Origin: a virus
Taxonomy: Duplodnaviria; Caudoviricetes
IMG/VR virus record: IMGVR_UViG_3300027811_000014
Location: 1-35,994 of that record
Direction: 5' to 3' (one strand)
Length of the DNA: 35,994 nucleotides
The notes beneath the pieces are model-generated. The model ran no database searches. It had not been told where the DNA came from and saw only the letters and a program-made list of their open reading frames with translations. Positions within the stretch are counted from its first letter, which is position 1. Each line of letters starts with the position of its first letter. Positions 1 to 8,960 of the stretch are shown here, in pieces. The position numbers were made by a program, and so were the translations under genes.

Positions 1-1
1 G

Positions 2-262
2 ACTGTGGACTCTCCTCATTTCAAACTTGCTGGATCTGCTGGAAATGACTGGAAAGAACTTTTCAACACGTTGATTTTTCTCGTAGCTAATCATGGTCAC
101 ATGACGTCGATGGGTCCTAGTCTACCGGCTGGACTAGGTCCGTCTTCGATTGAAGCGAGTTCGTTAGCATCTCCTTCTCCAGGTTCTCATCCATTGACAA
201 CTGCTCAATGGCCCACTGCTATAGCCAAGTTAGCAGAACTTGGGCAGAAGTGTTTCAAATGA
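2..262 (+). CDS. Baseplate central spike protein, C-terminal fragment (5'-truncated)
   Basis: Frame open from the window edge. C-terminal 'ANHGHMTSMGPSLP' has the HxH + G-P pattern of gpV/gp138-type spike tips. Lies two genes upstream of a gp25-like gene. Confidence 0.6.
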   Translation, partial: TVDSPHFKLAGSAGNDWKELFNTLIFLVANHGHMTSMGPSLPAGLGPSSIEASSLASPSPGSHPLTTAQWPTAIAKLAELGQKCFK

Positions 263-789
263 CGTTGATGCAAAACACGTTGCAGCTTCAATTGCTTAAC
301 GTGTTCAACGATCTGCGAGAAGGAAGAAGAAAGGTAGCTTATCCGCAAACTCCTCCTCACCCAAGCATTCCAAACGAAGTTTGCGCTGCTTTGACAGAAG
401 CATACGATAACTGGGTTGTTTCAAGCGTGCCAATGGCGGGAGCGCTAACTGTAGTTTCTCCAGGATTGAAATCTGCTCTTCAATCGTTGTTAGCAATGCC
501 TTTGCTGGCGGGCTTCGGTCCAGGGTTTGCTGCGTATTGGTCGCCTGTCATTTTTGCGGGGCCGGGCTTCATACCAACAAATCCAGTTGTTCCGATTTCA
601 GTCTCTGCTTCAGCTGCTGGGTTGTCAGCCGATATACTGAAGATGATTAATTCACGTGATTCGCCGATGACTCTTGAAGAAGTTTCTCTTGTGTTGTCTA
701 AAACGCTTTATTCGTGGACGACAAAATTGCAAGTGTTAGCCACAACAACGTCTGCACCGCCTGTAGCGTCGGTGCTTCCTGTCTCTTGA
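259..789 (+). CDS. Hypothetical virion/baseplate-associated protein (~176 aa)
   Basis: ATG at 259 overlaps the upstream TGA (ATGA), so it is preferred over the track start at 208. Sits between spike and gp25-like genes. Confidence 0.65.
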   Translation: MTLMQNTLQLQLLNVFNDLREGRRKVAYPQTPPHPSIPNEVCAALTEAYDNWVVSSVPMAGALTVVSPGLKSALQSLLAMPLLAGFGPGFAAYWSPVIFAGPGFIPTNPVVPISVSASAAGLSADILKMINSRDSPMTLEEVSLVLSKTLYSWTTKLQVLATTTSAPPVASVLPVS

Positions 790-831
790 CAACAAACGTT
801 GTTGGTTACCTATCTATTCGTAGGAGAATGT

Positions 832-1224
832 ATGGCGATAGGTTTGACTTTTCCACTAGCTAAATCGACTGGTTCTGTCGGGTTTTTAGAAATGACAAGC
901 GATCAGTTGTCTGCCGCTACAAATAACTTGAGATCTTTGTTGCTCACTAACTGGGGAGAGCGTGTTTGTCATTTTTACTTTGGGTGTAATTTAAGAGAAT
1001 TTTTGTTTGAAAATTTCAGAAATGACGAGATACGAGCGAAAATAGCAGCAAGAATTCTTCAGCAAGTTGAGACTTGGTTGCCATTCATATCGGTAGACAA
1101 CCTGAATGTTGCTGATTATTCTAACGATAATTCTATTCCACAGAATGCGTTTGTGATATCGATATCCTTCTCGCTGAAATACAATCCAAGTCTTTCCAGC
1201 AGATTTCAAGTTATAGTAGACTGA
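832..1224 (+). CDS. Baseplate wedge protein, gp25/GPW family
   Basis: AGGAG at 822-826 before ATG 832. 'NLRSLLLTNWGERVCHFYFGCNLREFLFE...QVETWLPFISV' fits the gp25 pattern (L.T..GER.....FG..L....FE). Confidence 0.9.
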   Translation: MAIGLTFPLAKSTGSVGFLEMTSDQLSAATNNLRSLLLTNWGERVCHFYFGCNLREFLFENFRNDEIRAKIAARILQQVETWLPFISVDNLNVADYSNDNSIPQNAFVISISFSLKYNPSLSSRFQVIVD

Positions 1225-1238
1225 ATGGGAGAGCTAGA

Positions 1239-3089
1239 GTGTCGATAGACTTCAAAGAAAAAAACGTGAAATATTTGAATCGTGATTTCTCGTCTTTCAA
1301 ACGAGATCTGATGGAGTACACGAAAGCTCATCAGTCTGGTGCGTTCCAAGATTACAACGAAACGTCGTCTGGAATGGCTATACTTGAACTTGTTTCATAC
1401 GTTGGAGATGTTCTTTCTCATTATCAAGATATGCAGTTTGAGGAATTGAAAGAAAACGCAAAACAAATCGAGAATGTCACGTCGTTTGCGAAAGCGTTAG
1501 GATACAGACCATCTGGCAAAAGGCCTTCTATCGGAATAGTTTCTGTTCTTTGCGAAGTTCCGTCGCGCCAAGAAAACGGAGAATACATTCCGAACGAGAT
1601 ATATTGTCCTGTCTTGAGAGAAAGCTCAAAGCTCCAAGGACCAAACGGAGTCGTGTTTGAAACAATAGAAGACGTCATATTCAGCGCGTCTGCACCGACA
1701 GAAGGAACGTCAATCACTAGAATGGTAACAGGTTCTCAATTCGATCCCGACACTGGAGTTCCTACTTTTTTTGCTTTGAGAAAAGACGTTCAGGTCATAG
1801 CTGCTGAGACTATAACTGACGTTGTTCAGGTAGGTTCGTTTGAACAGCACAAAGAGATAGAACTTTCGTATGAAGATGTAGTAGAGGTGTTGTCTGTTAA
1901 CGACAGCGACGGAAATGAATGGACTGAAGTAGATTTTCTTGCTCAGGAGACAGTGTACGATTTTGTCACTAACAGTGACACAGATAACACGTTAGTTCCA
2001 TACGTCTTGAAGTTGCGTTCAGTGCCTAGAAGGTTTATAACAAACAGAGATCCTCTCACCAATAAGACTACTTTGATTTTTGGTTCAGGCGATGGTGTCA
2101 GCTTTGACGACGCGTTGATACCAAATGCCGCGAGTTTTGCTCTCCCAGCGTCTGGCAAGTCTAAGATATCTTCGTTTTCTATAGATCCACAAAATTTTCT
2201 AAAAACAAGCACTCTTGGTCTTAGTCCTTCCAGCACTGTTCTCAGCATAGATTACAGAGTAGGAGGAGGATCAAAGACGAATGTTCCTCAAGGATCGATT
2301 AAATCTTTCGTAAACGCAGTTCTTGATTTTTCTTCAGTCGGGTTAGATCCGTCTGCGAAAGCTAGGGTAGAAGAGTCTATCGAGTGTATAAACGTAAGCA
2401 AGATAGACGGTGGAAATCAGGAAGAATCTGTAGAAGAGATAAAGGCTAACAGGGCAGCTTACTTTGCTGCTCAAGACAGAGTCGTTACTAGAGAAGACTA
2501 CGTTGCTAGACTTTATTCGTTACCTGCGAAATGCGGAAAAGTTGAAAAAGTTTATGTTAGACGTGACGCGCTGAACGCTAGGGCGATAAACATTCACATT
2601 CTTTCAAAAGACAGCGACGGAGTCTTATCTCAAGCTTCAACTACGTTGATCAAAAACATCAAGAAGTTTCTTTCGTCGTACAGGATGTTGACTGATGGCG
2701 TTAACTTGATGACAACTGACATAATAAACTTGTCGATAGAATTCGGCGTTGTGGTCTCGACGAAGCTCAACAGAAACAAGGTGCTGTCGAAGTGTCTCAG
2801 CACCTTGAAAGATAATTTGTCCAACGACAAACTTCAAATTGGACAGCCACTCGTGTTGTCTGACTTGACTTCTTTGCTACAAGCCATAGAAGGAGTCATA
2901 TCTGTGTACAGTTTCAAGATCAAAAATGTTTTTGGATCTAGAGACGGTCTAGACTATTCAGACAACTTGGGAAATTCCGTTAGATTTGATGTTCAGTCTT
3001 GGACTCAGAATGGTATTTTGTATTGTCCTGAAAATTCAATCTTTCAAATAAAGTATCCAAACAAGGACATCTTTGGAGAAGCTAGATGA
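1239..3089 (+). CDS. Baseplate wedge subunit, J-like / T4 gp6-like
   Basis: N-terminal 'YLNRDFSSFKRDL...ELVSYVGDVLSHYQD...AKALGYRP', central 'FGSGDG' and 'YRVGGGSKTNV', and 'GGNQEESVEEIK...AQDRVVTREDY'. GTG start after GGGAG. Confidence 0.9.
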   Translation: MSIDFKEKNVKYLNRDFSSFKRDLMEYTKAHQSGAFQDYNETSSGMAILELVSYVGDVLSHYQDMQFEELKENAKQIENVTSFAKALGYRPSGKRPSIGIVSVLCEVPSRQENGEYIPNEIYCPVLRESSKLQGPNGVVFETIEDVIFSASAPTEGTSITRMVTGSQFDPDTGVPTFFALRKDVQVIAAETITDVVQVGSFEQHKEIELSYEDVVEVLSVNDSDGNEWTEVDFLAQETVYDFVTNSDTDNTLVPYVLKLRSVPRRFITNRDPLTNKTTLIFGSGDGVSFDDALIPNAASFALPASGKSKISSFSIDPQNFLKTSTLGLSPSSTVLSIDYRVGGGSKTNVPQGSIKSFVNAVLDFSSVGLDPSAKARVEESIECINVSKIDGGNQEESVEEIKANRAAYFAAQDRVVTREDYVARLYSLPAKCGKVEKVYVRRDALNARAINIHILSKDSDGVLSQASTTLIKNIKKFLSSYRMLTDGVNLMTTDIINLSIEFGVVVSTKLNRNKVLSKCLSTLKDNLSNDKLQIGQPLVLSDLTSLLQAIEGVISVYSFKIKNVFGSRDGLDYSDNLGNSVRFDVQSWTQNGILYCPENSIFQIKYPNKDIFGEAR

Positions 3090-4846
3090 TCCACAGAATT
3101 TTCGCAGATAAAGACACCGCCATAACAAACGTGCTTTTCAACGGCATCAGAAGAACGGGCTCAAATCTAGGTGCGTCAGAAGTTTTAGAACTTTACAAGA
3201 TTGCAGGAGTCACGTCTAGCATCAGCAGGTTGCTCATTCACTTCGATGTTTCTCAATTTCAAAACGACAGTCAAACGTCGACATACATGTTGAAGTTGTT
3301 TGACGAACAGCACTCCGATACTCTTCCATCAAGCTTTGACATAGACGTTCAAGCTGTCTCTGAGGATTGGGACGAAGGCAGAGGAAGAGATTCTTACAAC
3401 TTTTCAGACAGTGGATTCGCTAACTGGATCAAATCAAAAAGCAACGTGTACTGGAGCGTGACTGGTTCTTCTGCGACTGGTCCGTCTTGTTCTTTCCATT
3501 TTGACGATGGACACGAAGACGTTTTGGTTGACGTAACTCAAATAGTAAACGCGTGGCTCGCTGGTTCGATAACGAATAACGGTTTTCTCGTGAAACTTAA
3601 ACCATCGCAAGAGTCAGACAATCAAGATTATTACGTGAAGATGTTCCACGGTCGAAACACCGTGTTCAAAGATCGACGACCGTACGTAGAAGCTAGATGG
3701 GATGATTCGTTGAAGGACGATCGCAACGACTTTTTCTTTGACACGACTGGTTCGTTGTTCTTGAATTACTCCGTTAGAGGAGAAAAGACGAACATTCCGT
3801 CTATAGGAACGGGAAGTATGGGAGTAAGAATAGAAAGTGCATCTGGCACAATTGGAACGTTCACTGGTTCATACGATTCGCTGGGAACCTACAAAGTAAA
3901 TTTCGCTATAGCTTCTGGGAATTACAACCAACACACTTGTCATTATTCTGGAAGCTACACTGGAAGCTACACTGGACATTACACTGGAAGCTATTCTGGA
4001 AGTTACATCGGAGTGTACTCTGGAAGCTACTCTGGAAGCTACACTGGAAGCTACACTGGTGATTACGCGAATGATTACGCTGGAAGCTACACGGGAAGTT
4101 ATTCTAGCTTCTATATCGGAACAGATTATTGTGATCGTTGTTGTCACGCGCACAGATACTCTGGAAGTTACATAGACGTTTACTCTGGAAGTTACACTGG
4201 GAATTACTCTGGAAGTTACACTGGGAATTACTCTGGAAGTTACATCGGAGATTACACGGGAAGCTACACGGGAAGCTACACGGGAAGCTACGCTGGAGAT
4301 TATTCTGGTAGTACTAGTGGACTCTACACTGGCAGCTACATTTGTAGTCGTTGTGGAACAGGCGCAGAAAAAGATCGTTTTGAAGATGTGTGGTTTGATT
4401 TCAACACTGACAAGAGTTTCATGACTAGCTCGTTTAAGACTTTTACTCTTGACATAGTAGGTTCTTTGTCGCCGAAGAGATATTATGTCAATGTAACTAA
4501 TCTACGAGATTGGTACGAAAATGATGAGACAATAAGGATGCAAATGTTTGTTAGACAGAATGACTACAATCCAGCTAGAGTCTTGACTGCTTCTCTTGAC
4601 GCTTATGGCTCAGTAATTGCCAAAGGATATTACAAAATCGTCAATGACAGAACAAACGAGATAGTCATACCATTCGGAACAGGTTCCGCGGAATTCACTA
4701 GATTGTCATACGACCAGAATGGAAACTTTTTTGACTTAAACATGAGTTCGTTCAGCACTGGAAATGTTTACAGAATTTCGTTTTTATTTGACGTCGATGG
4801 ACAGAGACAATATTTAGATTGTGGAGCGAAATTCAAAGTATTGTGA
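3086..4846 (+). CDS. Virion protein with N-terminal DNRLRE-like domain and internal Cys/His-flanked (YxGS)n array
   Basis: 'ADKDTAI...SRLLIHFDVS...WDEGRG...DVTQIVNAWLAGSITNNGFLVK...RPYVE' resembles DNRLRE domains. ATGA overlap with the wedge gene. Confidence 0.75.
   Translation: MIHRIFADKDTAITNVLFNGIRRTGSNLGASEVLELYKIAGVTSSISRLLIHFDVSQFQNDSQTSTYMLKLFDEQHSDTLPSSFDIDVQAVSEDWDEGRGRDSYNFSDSGFANWIKSKSNVYWSVTGSSATGPSCSFHFDDGHEDVLVDVTQIVNAWLAGSITNNGFLVKLKPSQESDNQDYYVKMFHGRNTVFKDRRPYVEARWDDSLKDDRNDFFFDTTGSLFLNYSVRGEKTNIPSIGTGSMGVRIESASGTIGTFTGSYDSLGTYKVNFAIASGNYNQHTCHYSGSYTGSYTGHYTGSYSGSYIGVYSGSYSGSYTGSYTGDYANDYAGSYTGSYSSFYIGTDYCDRCCHAHRYSGSYIDVYSGSYTGNYSGSYTGNYSGSYIGDYTGSYTGSYTGSYAGDYSGSTSGLYTGSYICSRCGTGAEKDRFEDVWFDFNTDKSFMTSSFKTFTLDIVGSLSPKRYYVNVTNLRDWYENDETIRMQMFVRQNDYNPARVLTASLDAYGSVIAKGYYKIVNDRTNEIVIPFGTGSAEFTRLSYDQNGNFFDLNMSSFSTGNVYRISFLFDVDGQRQYLDCGAKFKVL
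3932..4354 (+). repeat. 12-bp-period coding tandem repeat, two blocks of 15 Y-x-G-x units bounded by HTCH, CDRCCHAH and CSRC
   Basis: Recurrent TAC(A/T)CTGGAAG(C/T) units. Perfect sub-repeats include a 24-mer at ~4183-4240 and GGGAAGCTACAC at ~4258-4290. Confidence 0.95.
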
Positions 4847-4862
4847 AAGCTGGTGAAATACA

Positions 4863-5054
4863 ATGTTTGCAGACAAGATAAGCTTCGAGTCAGAAATAAC
4901 GAAAATTCTGCGTGAATTGAACACAGTCAGAAGTGATAAAAGTGACAAACATAGCAAGAAAAGAATGGAAGAATTGCTAGACATCGAAACTAAATTAGAA
5001 GAGCAATACGAAGAATTGTGCGACGAATATGTCAAATTTTGCGAAAGCATGTAA
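4863..5054 (+). CDS. Small charged, probably helical hypothetical protein (63 aa)
   Basis: Fills the gap between two structural genes on the coding strand. E/K-rich, GGTG upstream. Confidence 0.55.
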   Translation: MFADKISFESEITKILRELNTVRSDKSDKHSKKRMEELLDIETKLEEQYEELCDEYVKFCESM

Positions 5055-5071
5055 CAGATGGGGATTAATAT

Positions 5072-7993
5072 TTGTCGAATAACGCGTTGTCATCTCTGTT
5101 TGACGAGAAGCTTAGATCACCGACAGAGCTCGTAGCTGGAGTTCCACAAAATTTAGATGATCTTGATGCTTCGAACGAAGAATCCGAAGCATTGTTGGAT
5201 ATGATACATGAGTTTGACGAAGTCAGACCAAAGGTAGATTTTTCTGATTTTTCAAATTTCGTGTTCTTCAACTCAGCTCTAGATTATTTCAATTTGACTG
5301 GCGAGAAAATTTTGAATGAATATCCGTACGACGGATCGGAGACTGCACTTCGTAATTTTCTTTCTTCGCTTGACGATTATCAAAGGTACGTCGTTGGTCA
5401 ATGGCCGTCGACATTCGGTAGTTTGAAGTTTGATTCGTCAGCGGGCTTTTCAAACGTTTCCATAGACGATATCGGTAAAGACGGTGACGTAACACGAACA
5501 TCGTTACTAAACATAGGGTCTAGCTCGTTTTCGTTTGAATTTTGGACTACACCTCCTAAAGTTCTGACAGGATCAGAAGACATAATGATTGTCGCGCAAA
5601 AGACATCCAATCTTGGCGACGGTTTCACTGTGTTTTTCTCTGGATCCAACGTGTACATGAGCGTAGTTTCTGGTTCTTCACAGGACGTTGTGTCTTCGTA
5701 TTTTGAACCAGAAACTATTAATTATTTCTGTTTTTCGTATGACAGAAACAGTTACAATCCAATTTTATCTTGCTTTTCAGGAAGTGCAGACAAGTTCCCA
5801 GTATTATCTTCAAAGTTTACTGGCTCTATCACGAAACAGATATCTACCAGCGTGTCTAAGCTCACGATAGGATCTGGGTCTGCTTTGCCAACGAAAGTGC
5901 TTATTCCTCTTTCTGCGTCAATAGACGAAGTAAGATTTTGGAAGAAGACAAGAACAATAAGCGATCTTAGTTCGTCTTTTAACTCAAAAATATATTCGCA
6001 AGAAGGATTGACTGGTTTGTGGAATTTCAACGAACCTGGTAATTCGACTCTTAGCGATAACATGACAGTAAAAGATCACTCAGGTCATAAGTTGAACGGA
6101 ACGATAAACGGATATTACAGCGGGATTAGATACTCTGGTTCGCTTCTTCCATTCGACGAAGAAGACTTGTTTTTGTCGTTTGACAATCCGACTCTGACCT
6201 CATTTGTAGCCAGTTATCAGGCTTCTGGCTCGCTGTTCGATAAATTCAATGACAACGCGATAATCAAACTCGTTCCAGACAAGATGATTTCTTTAGAAGA
6301 TGATTTGGGAACAGACATAGCAAAAAATTTGTTGTTTGTCATAGCTCGTTTCTTCGATAACATCAAAGTGTCTATAGACCAATTCTCTAATGTTCTTATT
6401 CAAAACTATGGAAAGTTCAATCAAACGCCAGACGCGTTGTTGAAACACGTTGGTAGTTTCTTTGGTTGGGAATTCACTGGTAACTTCATAGACAAGGACG
6501 TCATACAGTACATCGTAGGAAAGCACGTTCTTCCGAATACTCAAAGCAACAAGAAGTTAGACAAGAAGTTGTTCGAGATTCGTAATGAATTTTGGAAAAG
6601 GACGTTGCTGAACTTGATGCACCTCTACAAGACAAAGGGCACGAGAGAAAGCGTAGAGTCTCTTTTGAGGATTTACGGTGTCAACAGCAGCTTCGTCAAG
6701 CTGAAAGAACACGGTGTGAAGCCGAATGTCGGAGTGCAAACTTACAGGATCAATTCTAACAAGAGCGCAGCTGCTCTTTCTTTCAGCTCAGGATCTGCTG
6801 CGTATTCAAACGTTGTCGAGTCTGCTCCTTTCTATTCAAACGGGTGTTGCGTCGAAACTAGATTAAGATTTCCAACGCAGTTCAGCTCAAACGTTACATC
6901 TAGTTTCACAACGGGATCTATTTGGGAGTTCTCCAACGCTTTGCACACGTGTTCGTTGACGTTTACGAAACAAACTGCAGATTTGATGACGGGAAGTTTG
7001 ATTTACAGCGGTTCTGAAGGAATAGCAGAATTGAGCAACGCGAACATCTTTGACAACAAGTGGTACAACGTTGTCGTCAACAAGAATTTGTTGTCGTCGT
7101 CTGTTGACATCGACGTTAGAATGCTTGACATCGACGAAATATCATTGCACATGACAGCGAGTCTGTTCGCAGACGTCATAAACACGTCAAGCGTCAGTTC
7201 GATGTTTCGTCTCGGTTCAGCCAACTCGCTGCCAAGCGAAATGTGGGCTCAAGAAGTTAGAGTTTGGAATGAACATCTTAGTCAAATAGAGATGCAAGAT
7301 CATGCATTGAACTTTCAAAGTTTTGGAACCGAAGAAGTGAATGGTTTAGACGAATTGCGCATAAATTGGAAGCTTAACGAAGATGTCACTTCTTCTTTCG
7401 TAGGCGGAATTCCGACAATCTATGATCATTCTGGAAACGGAAATAACGGTGTTGGTAGCGGCTTCATGCCAGATACAAATTCTTTCAAGAAGTTCTTGAA
7501 TGACTTCAATTACGTAGCTTCGCCTGATTACAGTTGGAACGAAGAAAAGATACGCTCTTTCGAAAAGTCGTCGCTTTCTCCTGAAGACGCGTTTTCAGAT
7601 GACCAAACGTTAGTGCTGGAATTCAATCTCGTAGACGCTCTTAACGAAGACATTTCTCAAATCTTGTCGACTCTAGACACGTTCAACGAATTCCTAGCTC
7701 CAGTGAATAGATTTAGAGAAGAATATCAAGACTTAGACGTGTTGCGTAGAAATTATTTCAAGCGCTTGTCTGGCAGAATAAACTTCAGATTGTTTGCAGA
7801 TTTGCTGGAATTCTTTGACAGGTCGTTCATCGACATGGTAAGAAAATTGATACCTGCGAGAGCAAATTTTCTTGGAGATGAACTCGTTGTAGAAAGCCAC
7901 ATGCTCGAGAGACCGAAGATGCAGTGGAACTACAGAAGACGCGATCCTGACTTTGAACCAGAAGGAGTCATAAGGGTATACATTCGCGCTTGA
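5072..7993 (+). CDS. Large baseplate protein: two LamG/ConA-like domains around a P2 gpI-like wedge domain
   Basis: LamG-like motifs 'SFSFEFW...IDEVRFWKKTRT' and 'KWYNVVV...QEVRVWNEHLS'. gpI-like motif 'DALLKHVGSFFGWEF...LYKTKGTRESVESLLRIYG'. TTG start after GGGGA. Confidence 0.75.
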   Translation: MSNNALSSLFDEKLRSPTELVAGVPQNLDDLDASNEESEALLDMIHEFDEVRPKVDFSDFSNFVFFNSALDYFNLTGEKILNEYPYDGSETALRNFLSSLDDYQRYVVGQWPSTFGSLKFDSSAGFSNVSIDDIGKDGDVTRTSLLNIGSSSFSFEFWTTPPKVLTGSEDIMIVAQKTSNLGDGFTVFFSGSNVYMSVVSGSSQDVVSSYFEPETINYFCFSYDRNSYNPILSCFSGSADKFPVLSSKFTGSITKQISTSVSKLTIGSGSALPTKVLIPLSASIDEVRFWKKTRTISDLSSSFNSKIYSQEGLTGLWNFNEPGNSTLSDNMTVKDHSGHKLNGTINGYYSGIRYSGSLLPFDEEDLFLSFDNPTLTSFVASYQASGSLFDKFNDNAIIKLVPDKMISLEDDLGTDIAKNLLFVIARFFDNIKVSIDQFSNVLIQNYGKFNQTPDALLKHVGSFFGWEFTGNFIDKDVIQYIVGKHVLPNTQSNKKLDKKLFEIRNEFWKRTLLNLMHLYKTKGTRESVESLLRIYGVNSSFVKLKEHGVKPNVGVQTYRINSNKSAAALSFSSGSAAYSNVVESAPFYSNGCCVETRLRFPTQFSSNVTSSFTTGSIWEFSNALHTCSLTFTKQTADLMTGSLIYSGSEGIAELSNANIFDNKWYNVVVNKNLLSSSVDIDVRMLDIDEISLHMTASLFADVINTSSVSSMFRLGSANSLPSEMWAQEVRVWNEHLSQIEMQDHALNFQSFGTEEVNGLDELRINWKLNEDVTSSFVGGIPTIYDHSGNGNNGVGSGFMPDTNSFKKFLNDFNYVASPDYSWNEEKIRSFEKSSLSPEDAFSDDQTLVLEFNLVDALNEDISQILSTLDTFNEFLAPVNRFREEYQDLDVLRRNYFKRLSGRINFRLFADLLEFFDRSFIDMVRKLIPARANFLGDELVVESHMLERPKMQWNYRRRDPDFEPEGVIRVYIRA

Positions 7994-7996
7994 TTA

Positions 7997-8003
7997 CTAT
8001 TTA
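7997..8003 (+). promoter_or_regulatory. CTATTTA motif, putative phage (late-type) promoter core
   Basis: Same heptamer in four separate intergenic gaps. Confidence 0.55.
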
Positions 8004-8025
8004 AATTGGTTTTCTCGTTGGAGAT

Positions 8026-8946
8026 TTGTCGAAAATGGTAACACTCATTCCAGCTCCGCCTAGTATAGCGACAGCAGATCATCCAGGGTTGATCGCTGCT
8101 TCTGGTGTTTCGCAGTCGCTGGGTGGCGTGTATGATTTTGTCAACAAAGTAGCGCTGAGCAACCTCGCTGACGAAGGCGCCGTTCAATACGACGTCATGA
8201 CTTTTAATGGGTCGCAGTGGGTGCCGGGAGTCGGAAATCAGGTCCTCGCAGTCACACAAATCATCACTACAAGTTCAGACCAGATATCTAGACCAGACGT
8301 TCCTTTCTTCTCATTGTACGCGCAGCTCGATGCGGGCTCGATAGACCTCGACAACGGATTCGTAGCGCCAACGTTGCAGCTCGCGAGTCACGAAGGTTAC
8401 AGATGTCGCATAGGAGTCAGGGCAAGCGGTAACTCAACGCTTACTCTGCACAACGACTCTCCATCGCTTTGGACGAACTTGAGAGTCAAGAACTCGAGCG
8501 GCGACGCTTTTGCCGATAGCACGACTATACAAGCTGGGAACTACATCGACTTCGAGTGCGGCTTCGCAGAGAGCGCTACGGCGTATTGGTACGAGACGAA
8601 TCGTTCTTGGGCATTTCCACAAGCTTCTTCTGGTTCAGTTAGCCATGGTTTGTCAAACGACAATCGTGGAATGTATGCTTCAAACACGTCAAACGACGGT
8701 GATTTGGCTTGTTCTGTTTCGTTGACAACGACTCCGATCGGTTGGATTGACGTGCACGTCAACGGTTTGATGACCGAATGCGGTGACGGTGTCAAGACGA
8801 AAGCTTGTTATTTCTCAGCCGACGGCGGAACTACTGCAAAATCGAACGGAAACTTGGCTGCTGGTGATATGTTGTATTGGAATGGAACAATAGCTTTGTT
8901 TCAGTTGAAGACTAACTTCGTCATAGATTTTGTTTATGACGTTTAA
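8026..8946 (+). CDS. Virion fibre/decoration protein; C-terminal domain paralogous to the next gene
   Basis: GGAG before TTG 8026 (ATG 8035 is an alternative). 'TFNGSQWVPG' fibre motif. C-terminal 'VNG...GDGVKTKACYFSADGGTTA...GDMLYWNG'. Confidence 0.7.
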   Translation: MSKMVTLIPAPPSIATADHPGLIAASGVSQSLGGVYDFVNKVALSNLADEGAVQYDVMTFNGSQWVPGVGNQVLAVTQIITTSSDQISRPDVPFFSLYAQLDAGSIDLDNGFVAPTLQLASHEGYRCRIGVRASGNSTLTLHNDSPSLWTNLRVKNSSGDAFADSTTIQAGNYIDFECGFAESATAYWYETNRSWAFPQASSGSVSHGLSNDNRGMYASNTSNDGDLACSVSLTTTPIGWIDVHVNGLMTECGDGVKTKACYFSADGGTTAKSNGNLAAGDMLYWNGTIALFQLKTNFVIDFVYDV

Positions 8947-8960
8947 CGAGGAAAAATAGA

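Noticed and set aside
208-258. Track start at 208
   Set aside because: Long overlap with the spike gene. The ATGA-coupled start at 259 fits better.
3932-4354. Repeat region as a CRISPR array
   Set aside because: 12-bp period, no unique spacers, and in frame within a CDS.
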